Source: a virus (Duplodnaviria; Caudoviricetes). Taken from it: 64,000 nt of DNA. The DNA is taken from the IMG/VR virus record IMGVR_UViG_3300024346_000006; one strand, written 5' to 3'. Under the pieces are notes generated by a model. It made no database searches. It saw only the letters and a program-made list of their open reading frames with translations, and was not told the origin of the DNA. The position numbers and the translations under genes are program-made. Each line of letters opens with the position of its first letter. Within the stretch, counting starts at the first letter, position 1. Positions 16,777 to 26,800 of the stretch are shown here, piece after piece.

Positions 16777-16922
16777 TCATCTTTATCCATATAGTCATCC
16801 TCTTCTATATTTATATAGTCTTCTAGAGGTTCACCACAGACTGGACAAAAACGAATTTGTTCAAAATTATGGGTTTCTATTGTATATTCCCCAGCACACA
16901 AATTACAGCCTATTTTTTGCAT
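16755..16922 (-). CDS. Small zinc-ribbon/rubredoxin-like protein with acidic tail (55 aa; below track cutoff)
   Basis: MQKIGCNLCAGEYTIETHNFEQIRFCPVCGEPLEDYINIEEDDYMDKDEWEELEE; AGGA RBS directly after nrdB. Confidence 0.75.
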   Translation of the reverse strand: MQKIGCNLCAGEYTIETHNFEQIRFCPVCGEPLEDYINIEEDDYMDKDEWEELEE

Positions 16923-16934
16923 TTTTTACATCCT

Positions 16935-18170
16935 TTATGCTGTGTAGGCTTCTTCCCATGATCCTTTCAACCCTGCTACTTCATATTCAGTCACACGATT
17001 CTCAAAGAAATTAGTGTGATCTGCACCATTAAGAATCCACTCTAACCAAGGGAGAGGATTTTCTTTTACTTTAAAATTGGTTTTGAGTCCCAACTGAAGA
17101 AGTCTTCTGTCTGTTATATATCTAATATAAGTTTTTACATCATCGGAACTGAGTCCATCTATATCACCAAGATTATATGCAAGATCAATAAACTTATCTT
17201 CAAGTTCTACTGACATTCGTGCCATTTCATAAATTTCTTTTTTAAAGGTGTCATCAACAATTCTAGAGTGTTCGTTGCAGTATGTTCTGAAAAGTTTTGA
17301 AACACCCTCAACATGCATAGATTCATCACGAATACTCCATTCGACAACTTTACCCATACCCTTCATCTTACCATAACGTTGAAAGTTTAACAACATTACA
17401 AATGAAGCAAATAGTGCAACACCTTCATTGAATACTGCCTTTGCAAGTGCCAAACCCAAACCTCTCACCGTAGATGGGTCAGAAGCTGTCATAAAATCAA
17501 CCTTATCCGTCATTTCATCATATTCTAAGAATGCATGATATTCACTATCTGGAAGTCCAAGAGTATCATTGAGCAAAGCATATGCACGTTGGTGGATTCC
17601 TTCTCTTGTTGCAAACGAACCCAACATGTTGCGAACTTCGTTATTTTTAAATTTTGGAATAAAATGTTCAAAATAATTTTTACCAACCTCAACATCAGAT
17701 TGTGTAAAAAGTCTTAAAATGTTTGTAATATAATCTTTTTCAACTTCTGTAACTCTACCAGTTTTCCAATCAGTCACATCTTCAGAAAGATCAACTTCAT
17801 CCTCAATCCAGTGAGCCTTTTCGTGTCTAGTAGTAATCTCTACTGCCCATGGATAAAAAAATGGTTTGTACGCAATAGATGGTTTCATCAATCCACCAGA
17901 CAATTTTTTCATCATCTTTTCTGCGTTATTCATCAAATCATCATAACCACCAAGACGTTTTCCATCCACAAAAATTTGTGGCATAGAATTTACAGGTCTC
18001 GCAGAATGTGCAATAGTTTCCTTTACACCATTTAATCTTTGGTAAAATTGCAAACGCTGTTCTTCATCATCTAAAACAATTTCTGAAAAACTAATACCAT
18101 GGTCATCAAACCAACTTTTTGCCTTTACACAAAAGGGACACCCCGATTTTGAATATAACTGAACTTCCAT
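16935..18170 (-). CDS. nrdB: Class Ia ribonucleotide reductase beta subunit with N-terminal glutaredoxin domain (start revised to 18170)
   Basis: N-terminal YSKSGCPFC...MPQIFVDG..LGGYDDL; then DVEV, EGIHQRAY, NEGVALFASF, RDESMH diiron ligands. Confidence 0.95.
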   Translation of the reverse strand: MEVQLYSKSGCPFCVKAKSWFDDHGISFSEIVLDDEEQRLQFYQRLNGVKETIAHSARPVNSMPQIFVDGKRLGGYDDLMNNAEKMMKKLSGGLMKPSIAYKPFFYPWAVEITTRHEKAHWIEDEVDLSEDVTDWKTGRVTEVEKDYITNILRLFTQSDVEVGKNYFEHFIPKFKNNEVRNMLGSFATREGIHQRAYALLNDTLGLPDSEYHAFLEYDEMTDKVDFMTASDPSTVRGLGLALAKAVFNEGVALFASFVMLLNFQRYGKMKGMGKVVEWSIRDESMHVEGVSKLFRTYCNEHSRIVDDTFKKEIYEMARMSVELEDKFIDLAYNLGDIDGLSSDDVKTYIRYITDRRLLQLGLKTNFKVKENPLPWLEWILNGADHTNFFENRVTEYEVAGLKGSWEEAYTA

Positions 18171-18181
18171 AATTATCCTCT

Positions 18182-19942
18182 TTATCCTTGACATGCAAGA
18201 CATTCATCTTGCGAATCTTCTGTTGTTTGTTGTACGGCAAAATCTTTTAATGCATCTCTCTCAATTTTTTGTGCAACATTTTCTGCACGATTCGATGTTT
18301 CGGTTCTCAAATAATAAAGTCCCTTACACCCCTGTTTCCATGCCTCATAATGAATTTTATGTAGGTATGCCTTTGTTGCGCCGGCGGGGAAGAATACATT
18401 CAATGACTGTCCTTGACAGAGATATTTTTGTCTGTCTCCAGCAAGTTCAATCACTTTTAGTTGGTCTATTTCAATTGCAGTCTTAAATACATTTTTAATA
18501 TGTTCATCCAAATTTAAATGTTGGACGGAACCACCATTTGTAATAATAGAAGACCAAATCTCATCTGTATTCATACCAACTTTTTCAAGTTCTTCTTCCA
18601 AATAAGAATTTTTAATCAAATGAGAACCAGCTCTAGTTCTATGAGTATATGCATTTGCCTTAGATGGTTCAATTGAAGGTGAAGTTCCTGCAATAATAGA
18701 ACTATTCGCATTTGGTGCAATGGCGAGAAGATGAGAATTTCTCACACCATATCCCTTCATATCTGGGCATTCGCCCTTTTCAATCGCAATTTCTTTAGTA
18801 GATTCCACAGCATGTTCTTTGATTCTTTTGAACATCTCTTCATTTATAATTTTTGCATCTTCTGATTCAAAAGGAACTCTATGTTTATGTAAATATGAAT
18901 GGAATCCCATTGCACCTAGTCCAAGCGATCTTTCCTGTTCTGCAGAATATTTTGCTCTACTAATTTCATCTGGTGCATTATCAATAAAATATTGAAGAAC
19001 ATTGTCTAAAAATTTAATTAAGTCTTTCACCAAAGACGTATCTTTCCACTCATCATATAATTCTAAATTCAGTGAAGAGAGACAACACACAGCAGTTCTG
19101 TCATCCGATGTTGGTAAATGGATTTCATTACAAAGATTTGAACCATGGATTTGTAAACCCTTATCTTTCATAGGAGATGGTAATGCACGATTTGCCGTAT
19201 CGATAAAGTTTAAATAGGGTTCTCCTGTTCTATATCTAACTTCTAATATTTGTTCCCAAAGTTTACGGGCTGATGTTGTCTCTCTTACTGATTTGTCAGC
19301 AGGGTCAATAAGATCCCATTTTTCATTATCTTTCACTGCCCTCATAAAATTATCTGTAATATTAACTGCATGATGAATATTAAAACATTTTCTATTCGCA
19401 TCTCCTGTCGGCACACGAATGTTAAGAAACTCTATAATATCTGGGTGATCGATGTCAATATAAGCGGCATAAGAACCCTTACGAGTGCGACCCTGACGAT
19501 ATGCAGTCATATCCGCATCAACAGTCCTAAGAAAAGGAATAGGGCCTGGCGCCTTATTAGAAACCGACCTAACATGCGACCAGTGTCCTCCGACACCACC
19601 ACCTTTGACTGACAACCATCTTAATTCAGATGAATGGTCAATAAGTCCCTCTAGGGTATCTGGCACATATGCCAAGAAACACGAAATGGGCAACGCCTTA
19701 GCCTTCTCTCTGTATTTTGGAGCGTTTGACAATACTGGAGAAGAATACATGAACCACCCTCTAGACACTGCATCATAAATCGACTGGGCGAGTTTTTTAT
19801 CGCCGTAACTATACGCAATTGCAGCTCTAGCAAAAGCGTCTTGTGGGGATTTTTCTTCTTCTGTGCAGTAGTAGTCTTTTAATAATTTTAGGGATTGTTC
19901 GGAAAAGTTGGCATCTCGTTCATAATCGATTTTTATTTTCAT
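18182..19942 (-). CDS. nrdA: Class Ia ribonucleotide reductase alpha subunit (no ATP-cone)
   Basis: LPISCF, GSNLCNEI, VCCLSSLN, APNANSS, GLYYLR, C-terminal CLACQG. Confidence 0.97.
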   Translation of the reverse strand: MKIKIDYERDANFSEQSLKLLKDYYCTEEEKSPQDAFARAAIAYSYGDKKLAQSIYDAVSRGWFMYSSPVLSNAPKYREKAKALPISCFLAYVPDTLEGLIDHSSELRWLSVKGGGVGGHWSHVRSVSNKAPGPIPFLRTVDADMTAYRQGRTRKGSYAAYIDIDHPDIIEFLNIRVPTGDANRKCFNIHHAVNITDNFMRAVKDNEKWDLIDPADKSVRETTSARKLWEQILEVRYRTGEPYLNFIDTANRALPSPMKDKGLQIHGSNLCNEIHLPTSDDRTAVCCLSSLNLELYDEWKDTSLVKDLIKFLDNVLQYFIDNAPDEISRAKYSAEQERSLGLGAMGFHSYLHKHRVPFESEDAKIINEEMFKRIKEHAVESTKEIAIEKGECPDMKGYGVRNSHLLAIAPNANSSIIAGTSPSIEPSKANAYTHRTRAGSHLIKNSYLEEELEKVGMNTDEIWSSIITNGGSVQHLNLDEHIKNVFKTAIEIDQLKVIELAGDRQKYLCQGQSLNVFFPAGATKAYLHKIHYEAWKQGCKGLYYLRTETSNRAENVAQKIERDALKDFAVQQTTEDSQDECLACQG

Positions 19943-19958
19943 TTTTTTCCTCTTTGTC

Positions 19959-20972
19959 CTAACATTTTTTCCACTGAGAATATCTTAATTTTGCTTCAAG
20001 ATCATCAACGGTATTTTTACTTATAATGTCCATTAATTCTAAAGTGTCTATTCCAGAGAGAATAATGTCATTAATATCTTTTTCTTTAATTTTTTCTGGC
20101 CACAGTACAACCTTAAAACCATCGTTGATAATATTTAACAGTTTATCCGCAATTTGTTGATTTCTTGGTTCGTTGTCAAGGATAAAGACTACATCAGAAA
20201 AGTCACTGAAATATGATTTATCTATATCACTTCCTGCCATGGCAAGTGTGTTTTCTACAAATAGAGAGTCTAATGGCCCCTCTACTATATAGACTGTTTT
20301 TTCTGGGTCAACACGTTCCAACCCATAAATTTTTGGTACTTCTTTGATTTTTATTGTTATATATCTCATCGAAGAATTTGGATTGAGACTTCTACCTTGT
20401 AAGGCAATCAACTCACATTTTTCATTGAAGAAAGGTATAACAATTCTTTTATCAAACTTCTGAAGATTATATCCTTCTTTACTAACTTTGTCAACAATTG
20501 ATTTGAAGTCATCTGTATAGTATAATAATTCTTGATTTGGTAATTTTCTTTCATCACAATACTTTTTTGCTGGATGTGATTGGTGTAAGTCAGAAACTTT
20601 CTCTCCATAATCAAAAGAACACTTGGTTTTAAAGGTAGGAGTAAAGTCAAATTTATAGTCTACATCTTTTTCAAAGTTACCTTTAGTTTTACCACTCTGC
20701 CCGTCTTTCCATTTTTCAATCGCATACTCTTCATATAAAGATGGATTTACCTCTTTCATAAACTGTGCAAGGCCCATACTCGCACCACAATTGTGACACA
20801 TGTATCTGAAGTTATTTTTCTTCTCGTAGAGAAATCCCCTCATCTTATAAGTTTTCTTTTTAGAGTCACCACAAATAGGACACCTAAAGTTATACAAGGT
20901 GTCTCTCTTTTTGGTAAAACCTTCTAATTGTGGGGAAAGCCTTTGGATAAAGGTTCGGTCAATGTAAAGCAT
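19959..20972 (-). CDS. gp61: DNA primase (T4 gp61)
   Basis: CPICGDS...CHNCG zinc finger; VEGPLDSLF and DNEPRN TOPRIM motifs. Confidence 0.95.
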   Translation of the reverse strand: MLYIDRTFIQRLSPQLEGFTKKRDTLYNFRCPICGDSKKKTYKMRGFLYEKKNNFRYMCHNCGASMGLAQFMKEVNPSLYEEYAIEKWKDGQSGKTKGNFEKDVDYKFDFTPTFKTKCSFDYGEKVSDLHQSHPAKKYCDERKLPNQELLYYTDDFKSIVDKVSKEGYNLQKFDKRIVIPFFNEKCELIALQGRSLNPNSSMRYITIKIKEVPKIYGLERVDPEKTVYIVEGPLDSLFVENTLAMAGSDIDKSYFSDFSDVVFILDNEPRNQQIADKLLNIINDGFKVVLWPEKIKEKDINDIILSGIDTLELMDIISKNTVDDLEAKLRYSQWKKC

Positions 20973-21047
20973 TAATCATTCCAAAATAAAAAAAAATAGT
21001 GTAGTTTTGTATACTACACTATTCTGAGCGGTAAGTCAAGTAGTTTT

Positions 21048-21338
21048 TTAACCCATCATATATATGTTGGCAACGATAGATGAGACTGCTGCAGCGAAAA
21101 TAACCCAAAAGGCCTTTTGAAAAATTGCAGTTGTTCTAGAATTTTCTTCTACTTTAAGTGTCAATGTGTCTAGTTTTTCAGAAAAACGATTTAGTCTCTC
21201 ATACTGATGGGAATACTTTGCTTCCATTGCTACCAGCTTTTCTTCTGCTCTAGCAATAGAAATCATCGCTTCGGACAACTTATCAATTTTTTCTTCAATT
21301 CTATCCAGTCTGTTTGCGGCTACAGTTTCTTGTACCAT
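21048..21338 (-). CDS. Coiled-coil protein with C-terminal TM (holin/XhlA-like candidate)
   Basis: RLDRIEEKIDKL...FWVIFAAAVSSIVANIY; directly follows the spanins. Confidence 0.5.
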   Translation of the reverse strand: MVQETVAANRLDRIEEKIDKLSEAMISIARAEEKLVAMEAKYSHQYERLNRFSEKLDTLTLKVEENSRTTAIFQKAFWVIFAAAVSSIVANIYMMG

Positions 21339-21366
21339 TTTTATTAAACCCTAAAAATTATTACTT

Positions 21367-21720
21367 CTATTTATTATTTTCATAATATTCTTTATATTCT
21401 ATAATTATTATTCTTTGTTCTCCGATATATCTCTTCATATCGTTTACAACCAATGATAAATTCTTATAAGATTCTTCATCGACTGCGAACAAGGCAACAC
21501 TTTTACCACCTTCTCTAAGTTTTTTTATTACATCTTCATAATTTTCTGGGGTCACAACTAAAAATTCAAAATCTACCCAATTTACAGGTTTTGGCATAGG
21601 AAGATTCAATGGAACCTTTTCTGTAAAAACCTGTTCTGTAACAACAACCTCTTTTGGCGTAAAGACAGAACATCCCGCCAATAAAAAAATCGAAGACATT
21701 AGTATATATTTATTCATCAT
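21367..21720 (-). CDS. Outer-membrane spanin (Rz1-like lipoprotein)
   Basis: Lipobox FLLAG-C, Pro-rich segment, 4-nt overlap with the upstream TM/coiled-coil gene. Confidence 0.7.
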   Translation of the reverse strand: MMNKYILMSSIFLLAGCSVFTPKEVVVTEQVFTEKVPLNLPMPKPVNWVDFEFLVVTPENYEDVIKKLREGGKSVALFAVDEESYKNLSLVVNDMKRYIGEQRIIIIEYKEYYENNK

Positions 21721-22121
21721 TCATTTTCCACTACAACGTCTGAAGTCAATTCTTCTATTCCTGCCCTTAAACTATTTTGAATGTCTTTATTAATTATTCG
21801 TTCTACTAGTCCAGGCTTGTTCTCAGCAAGATAACCAATGTCGTGTTTTGATAATTTGTTTCGTAGAACATCAACTTCATTATTTAATTTTCTACTTTCT
21901 TCCGTTACTCTATTATTTGCTTCTCTGACTTCTACAATTTCTTCATTCAATCTATTAATTTCTCGATCTTTCGAATTTACAGCTGTCTCTAACAATACAT
22001 TATTTTTAGCTAGTCTGTCAACATCTTTCTGTAAGTTTTTTACATACAAGTAACCACCACCAGCAACCGATAGTAGTACTAATACAAGTGCAATCTTTGC
22101 TCCACTGAAAATGCCCATCAT
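21717..22121 (-). CDS. Inner-membrane spanin (Rz-like)
   Basis: N-terminal TM IALVLVLLSVAGGGYLYV followed by a long coiled coil. Confidence 0.7.
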   Translation of the reverse strand: MMGIFSGAKIALVLVLLSVAGGGYLYVKNLQKDVDRLAKNNVLLETAVNSKDREINRLNEEIVEVREANNRVTEESRKLNNEVDVLRNKLSKHDIGYLAENKPGLVERIINKDIQNSLRAGIEELTSDVVVENE

Positions 22122-23023
22122 AAATCTCTGTGTAAAATTATCATTGTTCCGTGTTGTTGATCTTGCAAAACTATTCTCTTATTTGGGTTTGATTTTATGT
22201 ATTTTCTAATATCAACAGCATCATCTTTTTCGATGAAGTTCTCCCATCTACCATACTTCTTTTTACCTCTCATAAATTTGTTAAAAGAATCTGGTTTTAC
22301 CTTGAATATTTTCATTCCAGCAAATTGATATGGATCTTGAATAAATCCACCAATGTTGGAAGAATCACCTACTACATTTGCAATATCCTCAACAACAAAT
22401 TCTTCCGCTATTTCTGGATATGTTTGTTTCATGATCTTTGCAAGAGTTCTTCCATCTACTCCAGAATATGTTTTTGCAATCTGGTCAGAATAATAATTAA
22501 TACTGTGTCTTAGACCTCTTATACCACCTTCTTTTTTCTTTCTCTGCAAAACTTTTAACAAAGTATCAAGAGCATGGTCGTATACTTTCTTTTTACCAGT
22601 TTTTGATTTAATGACATTTATTACGTCATTAGACCACATTTCATTTAGAAGTTCAGACTCTTTGTTATGGTATTCTTCTTCTAAAATATTAATATAATCT
22701 AACAATGCAACTTCCAGTAGTTGCAGGTCGTCTTCTTTTAAATTTTCTTTATTCTCTTTAAGAAGTGCCATTGCAGCTGCATAAGTTGCAATTCTAGATC
22801 TACCGCCTGGAAACTTTTCTAAAATTCTTTTGAGGTTAAAAATAATCTTATGAAAAACTGTGAAAGATTTTTTTTCTGCGTCTGTTTTCAGTTCATTAGT
22901 TTTTTTTAACTTATTCCCTTTATCATCAATAACACCATTCTTAAACGCCTCAGTGTCGCTCCAAGGAGTTGTTAGAATTTTAATAAACTGATATGCAAGG
23001 TAGGCATTAAATACTGATGCCAT
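22118..23023 (-). CDS. Conserved T4-like hypothetical protein (301 aa)
   Basis: AYQFIKILTTPW...GVIDDKG...FHKIIFNLKR; internal LNE/EED sites. Confidence 0.7.
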   Translation of the reverse strand: MASVFNAYLAYQFIKILTTPWSDTEAFKNGVIDDKGNKLKKTNELKTDAEKKSFTVFHKIIFNLKRILEKFPGGRSRIATYAAAMALLKENKENLKEDDLQLLEVALLDYINILEEEYHNKESELLNEMWSNDVINVIKSKTGKKKVYDHALDTLLKVLQRKKKEGGIRGLRHSINYYSDQIAKTYSGVDGRTLAKIMKQTYPEIAEEFVVEDIANVVGDSSNIGGFIQDPYQFAGMKIFKVKPDSFNKFMRGKKKYGRWENFIEKDDAVDIRKYIKSNPNKRIVLQDQQHGTMIILHRDL

Positions 23024-23418
23024 TATATCTCTCCTAGAATTTGTACTATGTGGCTATCTCTTCCAATCATACTACTATCAATAGTCTTACCATTAACTCC
23101 TTCAATTTTATTTGGCAATCTATTTAAAAAGTCCAAAAAAGTTGCAAGAATATAATGTTGTTCTTCATCAATTTTCAAAAACAAAACTCTATTACAAGGC
23201 AATGTATTTAATACATTTAGTAATACTACTAAATGATTTATTATCAACCTTTCCTTCAAAACGCCTTTAGTATGATACTTATGGAAAAGTCTTTTGACAT
23301 ATTTTATTCTTTTCATGTCATCAAGAAACTCTTCCATATTATGACATTGAGGATTGTCATAATGTTTCATTTGATAATTGGCTACAGTTGTCTCCGTCAA
23401 ATTTTCAAAATTTTCCAT
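23023..23418 (-). CDS. Conserved T4-like hypothetical protein (131 aa)
   Basis: MKHYDNPQC...FLDDMKRIKYVKRLF...ERLIINH. Confidence 0.75.
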   Translation of the reverse strand: MENFENLTETTVANYQMKHYDNPQCHNMEEFLDDMKRIKYVKRLFHKYHTKGVLKERLIINHLVVLLNVLNTLPCNRVLFLKIDEEQHYILATFLDFLNRLPNKIEGVNGKTIDSSMIGRDSHIVQILGEI

Positions 23419-23439
23419 GTTATATTTCTTTTTATTTTA

Positions 23440-23802
23440 TTATTGTGGTAAAACCTCTGTCAATTCAGTGATCAAATCTTCTTTCTTTTTTCTTCTGTCC
23501 AACTCAAGTCCATGGTCTCTACCAAGGGACTCTAATTCGATTTTAGTTAAATCACTTAATTCAACAGGCCGGTCTGATTCCTCAGAATCAGATTCTTCAG
23601 AACCAGATTCTGGTGTTTCAACAACCTCTACATTTTTCTTCGCAGAAGATTTTTTCTTTGGTGGAGCAAGTTCATCAATCTTATCTTTTAATCCATTGAT
23701 TTTTTTGTATACTTCACCAGTATTTTCGTTTTCCCATCCACGATTGGTTGCTACTGCATTTTTCATCCACTTCGCTGGGGTTGCCCATTTAGGTAATGAC
23801 AT
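23440..23802 (-). CDS. Hypothetical protein with C-terminal Rho-N/HeH-like helical motif
   Basis: LSDLTKIELESLGRDHGLELDRRKKKEDLITEL. Confidence 0.6.
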   Translation of the reverse strand: MSLPKWATPAKWMKNAVATNRGWENENTGEVYKKINGLKDKIDELAPPKKKSSAKKNVEVVETPESGSEESDSEESDRPVELSDLTKIELESLGRDHGLELDRRKKKEDLITELTEVLPQ

Positions 23803-23814
23803 TTAAGTTCTCCT

Positions 23815-26800
23815 CTATTTTATATAACTTGCAATTTTTTTGGCTCTGGGTTTATTACCGTATTTTTCCATCGCCATTTGTTCTACTTCTTTTTTAACTT
23901 GGTTCGTATTATATTTAGGGTTCATTTCTCTAACGATTTCTTCCATTTCCTTTGCATCTTTTTTATCGGAATTTTCAATGATTATATTGATTTCGTTAAT
24001 CTCTTCCCTTTTCATAATTTTATATGCAAGATCAACTAACTTAGGCAATGGAAGTTTTTCCATCTTAGACTTATTAGAGTCGTTGACCTTATCGTATATT
24101 TGAACAACTGCAGATGCAGTAAACAAATCAACGATAGTCCCTTTAATTTTCTTTGCCTGTTTGTTATCAACGATATCTCTCATATCATCAATAATAGACT
24201 CTGCAAAAAGTTCGGCCTCTTCTTTTAGTCCAAGTTTTTTTGCAAGGTCTGCGGCATCTTTGCCCATTCCATAAGAGTTGTCTTTGATTCTCTGTTTAAA
24301 CCAATTTTTAATTACTGGACGAGCATCACCCTTTGGATTTTTCTTACCAGCATCCGCAAGATCGTCAAACAATTCATCGTCACCCAAAAGACTATAAAGT
24401 ACCTCTGTTGCATCATCTCCCTCTTTTCCGAGAGTAATTGGTTTAGACATCAATTTCTTTAATGCAGTCACTTCGGATGACTTGTCAGCAAATGCCCAAG
24501 TACCTTCTTGCAAATCTTCATTTGTTAATTGGATTGCTTTGGAAATTGCAGGATCATCAGAAAGTCCTTTTGCAATCTTTTCAATTGTTCCGATAATCTG
24601 TGTCATATTACCACCCTTCCAACGAGGGTCATTAAGAACACCAAATGCCATCTTGTACTGTTTCGTAGAATACTTTTTCTCACTAATAGTTTCTAATTCT
24701 TCGAAAATTCTTGCTGCCTGTCCAAGAGATATAGTGTTAATCGCACCCATATCATCTAAAGTTCTAAACTTAATACTTGTTCTGTCTAGTTGTAGTTCGA
24801 CATCATAAACTTTTCCGTTTTTACCACGAATACTATAGATAATTCCATTTTTCATTTTTGGGCTACTACCCTTAATTTTTGGAGCACGTTCTGTAATTTC
24901 TTCTTTTATATCTACAGGCGAAACTGCCATATCTCCGAAAGCCATTGTAACTCCTCCATCTCTTTTGTACAAATATCTTTTAGCACTAGTAGGACTATCT
25001 TTTCTTGCCAGAGTAATTTTTTCTACTGTGCCGTTACGAACCATGTTCTTAGACTTGACAATATACTCAATAAAATCTTTACCCTTCTCTAACGCAGAGT
25101 CATGTTTGATTTTAACAGTAGAACCCTTTTTTAGTTTATCAAAAACTCTAAGTAACTTAGGGTCGTTCATCTTCATACCTTCAACCATTTCTGCCTTTGA
25201 AGACGCCTCTTGGACTTCTTCCTGTTTATGTTTTGCTCTGATTGTTGCAAGAAGTTCTTCACCCATTCTCTTACCCTGAGATGCACTAACATTAGTTGGA
25301 AACTTATCCATATTTGATGGTAAAGGCCTTCCAATCATTTTTTCGGATTCTTTTTGGCTCTGTGGTTTTGTAAGAGTAACAATCTTTAGAGTATTCTTAT
25401 TCTTGATCGACATAGGCGGCAGTTCTGCAGAAGCTCTAGACTGTTTAACACCCTTTTCGCTAGATGCCATCGCAACAACTTTGTTACCGTTTGCAGTATC
25501 AATCAGTGCATGGGTGTTTTTCATTGCTTCATTCATTTCTGGGGTTTCGTGAGAATATCCTAGTTTTTTCATGCGTTCATGATCTTCTGGTTTTTCTGCT
25601 TTGTAACCTTTACCTGTCTTTGGATCATACATCATATGTGGTTTGAATTCGCCTTCACCAAGTTCTACTTCTTCTTTGTACATGTTCAGTTCATATCTCT
25701 TGTTGTCAAGATTTGCAACTTGAATTTGTACACCTCTAGATTTACCCTTCTTATCAGTACCCATCAAACGATACGAATTAGTTTTTCCATTAGATGGTTT
25801 TTTAGGGCCCATAGCAACTTTATCGTCAATTTCATCTGGGTCGATTTCAATTCCAAGTTTTTTCTTTGCATGGTCATATGCATGTTTCATTGCACTAGAA
25901 AAGTCTTTGTGATATAACTCGTAACCAGTCGCAGACTTTGCTTCATCGAACCGCATTGAGTGTTGCCCAGTACTTCGAACCTTCTCTGCATCCTTCATAG
26001 TCTTGTAAGGTTTACCTTGGTTTACAAATTTACCCTTAGTCATAACCTGTACTTGGAAACCTTTGTTTGGGAGTTTATCAACACCCAACTCTTTACGAAT
26101 TTTGTCTTGTGCTTTGTTACCCAAATCAATGATACGAACCGTACCTTCTTTAGATGCTTCATCAAGATCTTCTCCAACAAGTCTTTTTGCATACGCATTA
26201 AACGACTTTTGATCTTCTACAGAGTCTTTACCTTTACCTAGACCTTGGAAAATTTCTCTCCATGCCTTTCCGTCATTCGTCTTTTTGAAGTATGCCTGCA
26301 GTTTAGCAGCAGTTTTTTTGTCAACATTTATAATTTCTTTATCATCATAAGATAGACTCCCAATTGCATGTTTACCAGCTCTAACTTCCCAACGTTCTTC
26401 TAAAATTTTATTAAAAATTTCTTCGGTGGTGATATCTTCTTTTCTATATCCAAGTTTCTTCAATTTCTCTTTAAATGCAGATTGTCTACCATCAAATTGC
26501 TTTTCGTTAGAAAGGTCTTTTTTACCTTGATCTTTATACATCAATTTCTGGAGTTTTTCTTTAAAGGCCTTTGTTCTACCATCCAATTCTTGTTTTTTAA
26601 TTTCGATAGAATCTTTTACAGCGTTTTCTAAATTTCCCCTGTCGTTACACATATCACATCCTTTACCTTCACACTTAACGCAAGGCATCTTTCCTTCTTT
26701 TACCGCCTTCGCAACTTTGTCAGAAATAGTGACAGGATACTCCTTATCGCCGAATTTAAATTTTGTCTTGCCTGCTGATTTCGCAGCACTAGCAGCACCA

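Noticed and set aside
21010-21039. Sigma70 promoter for the primase gene
   Set aside because: TTGACT is present, but no acceptable -10 hexamer lies at a 16-18 nt spacing.
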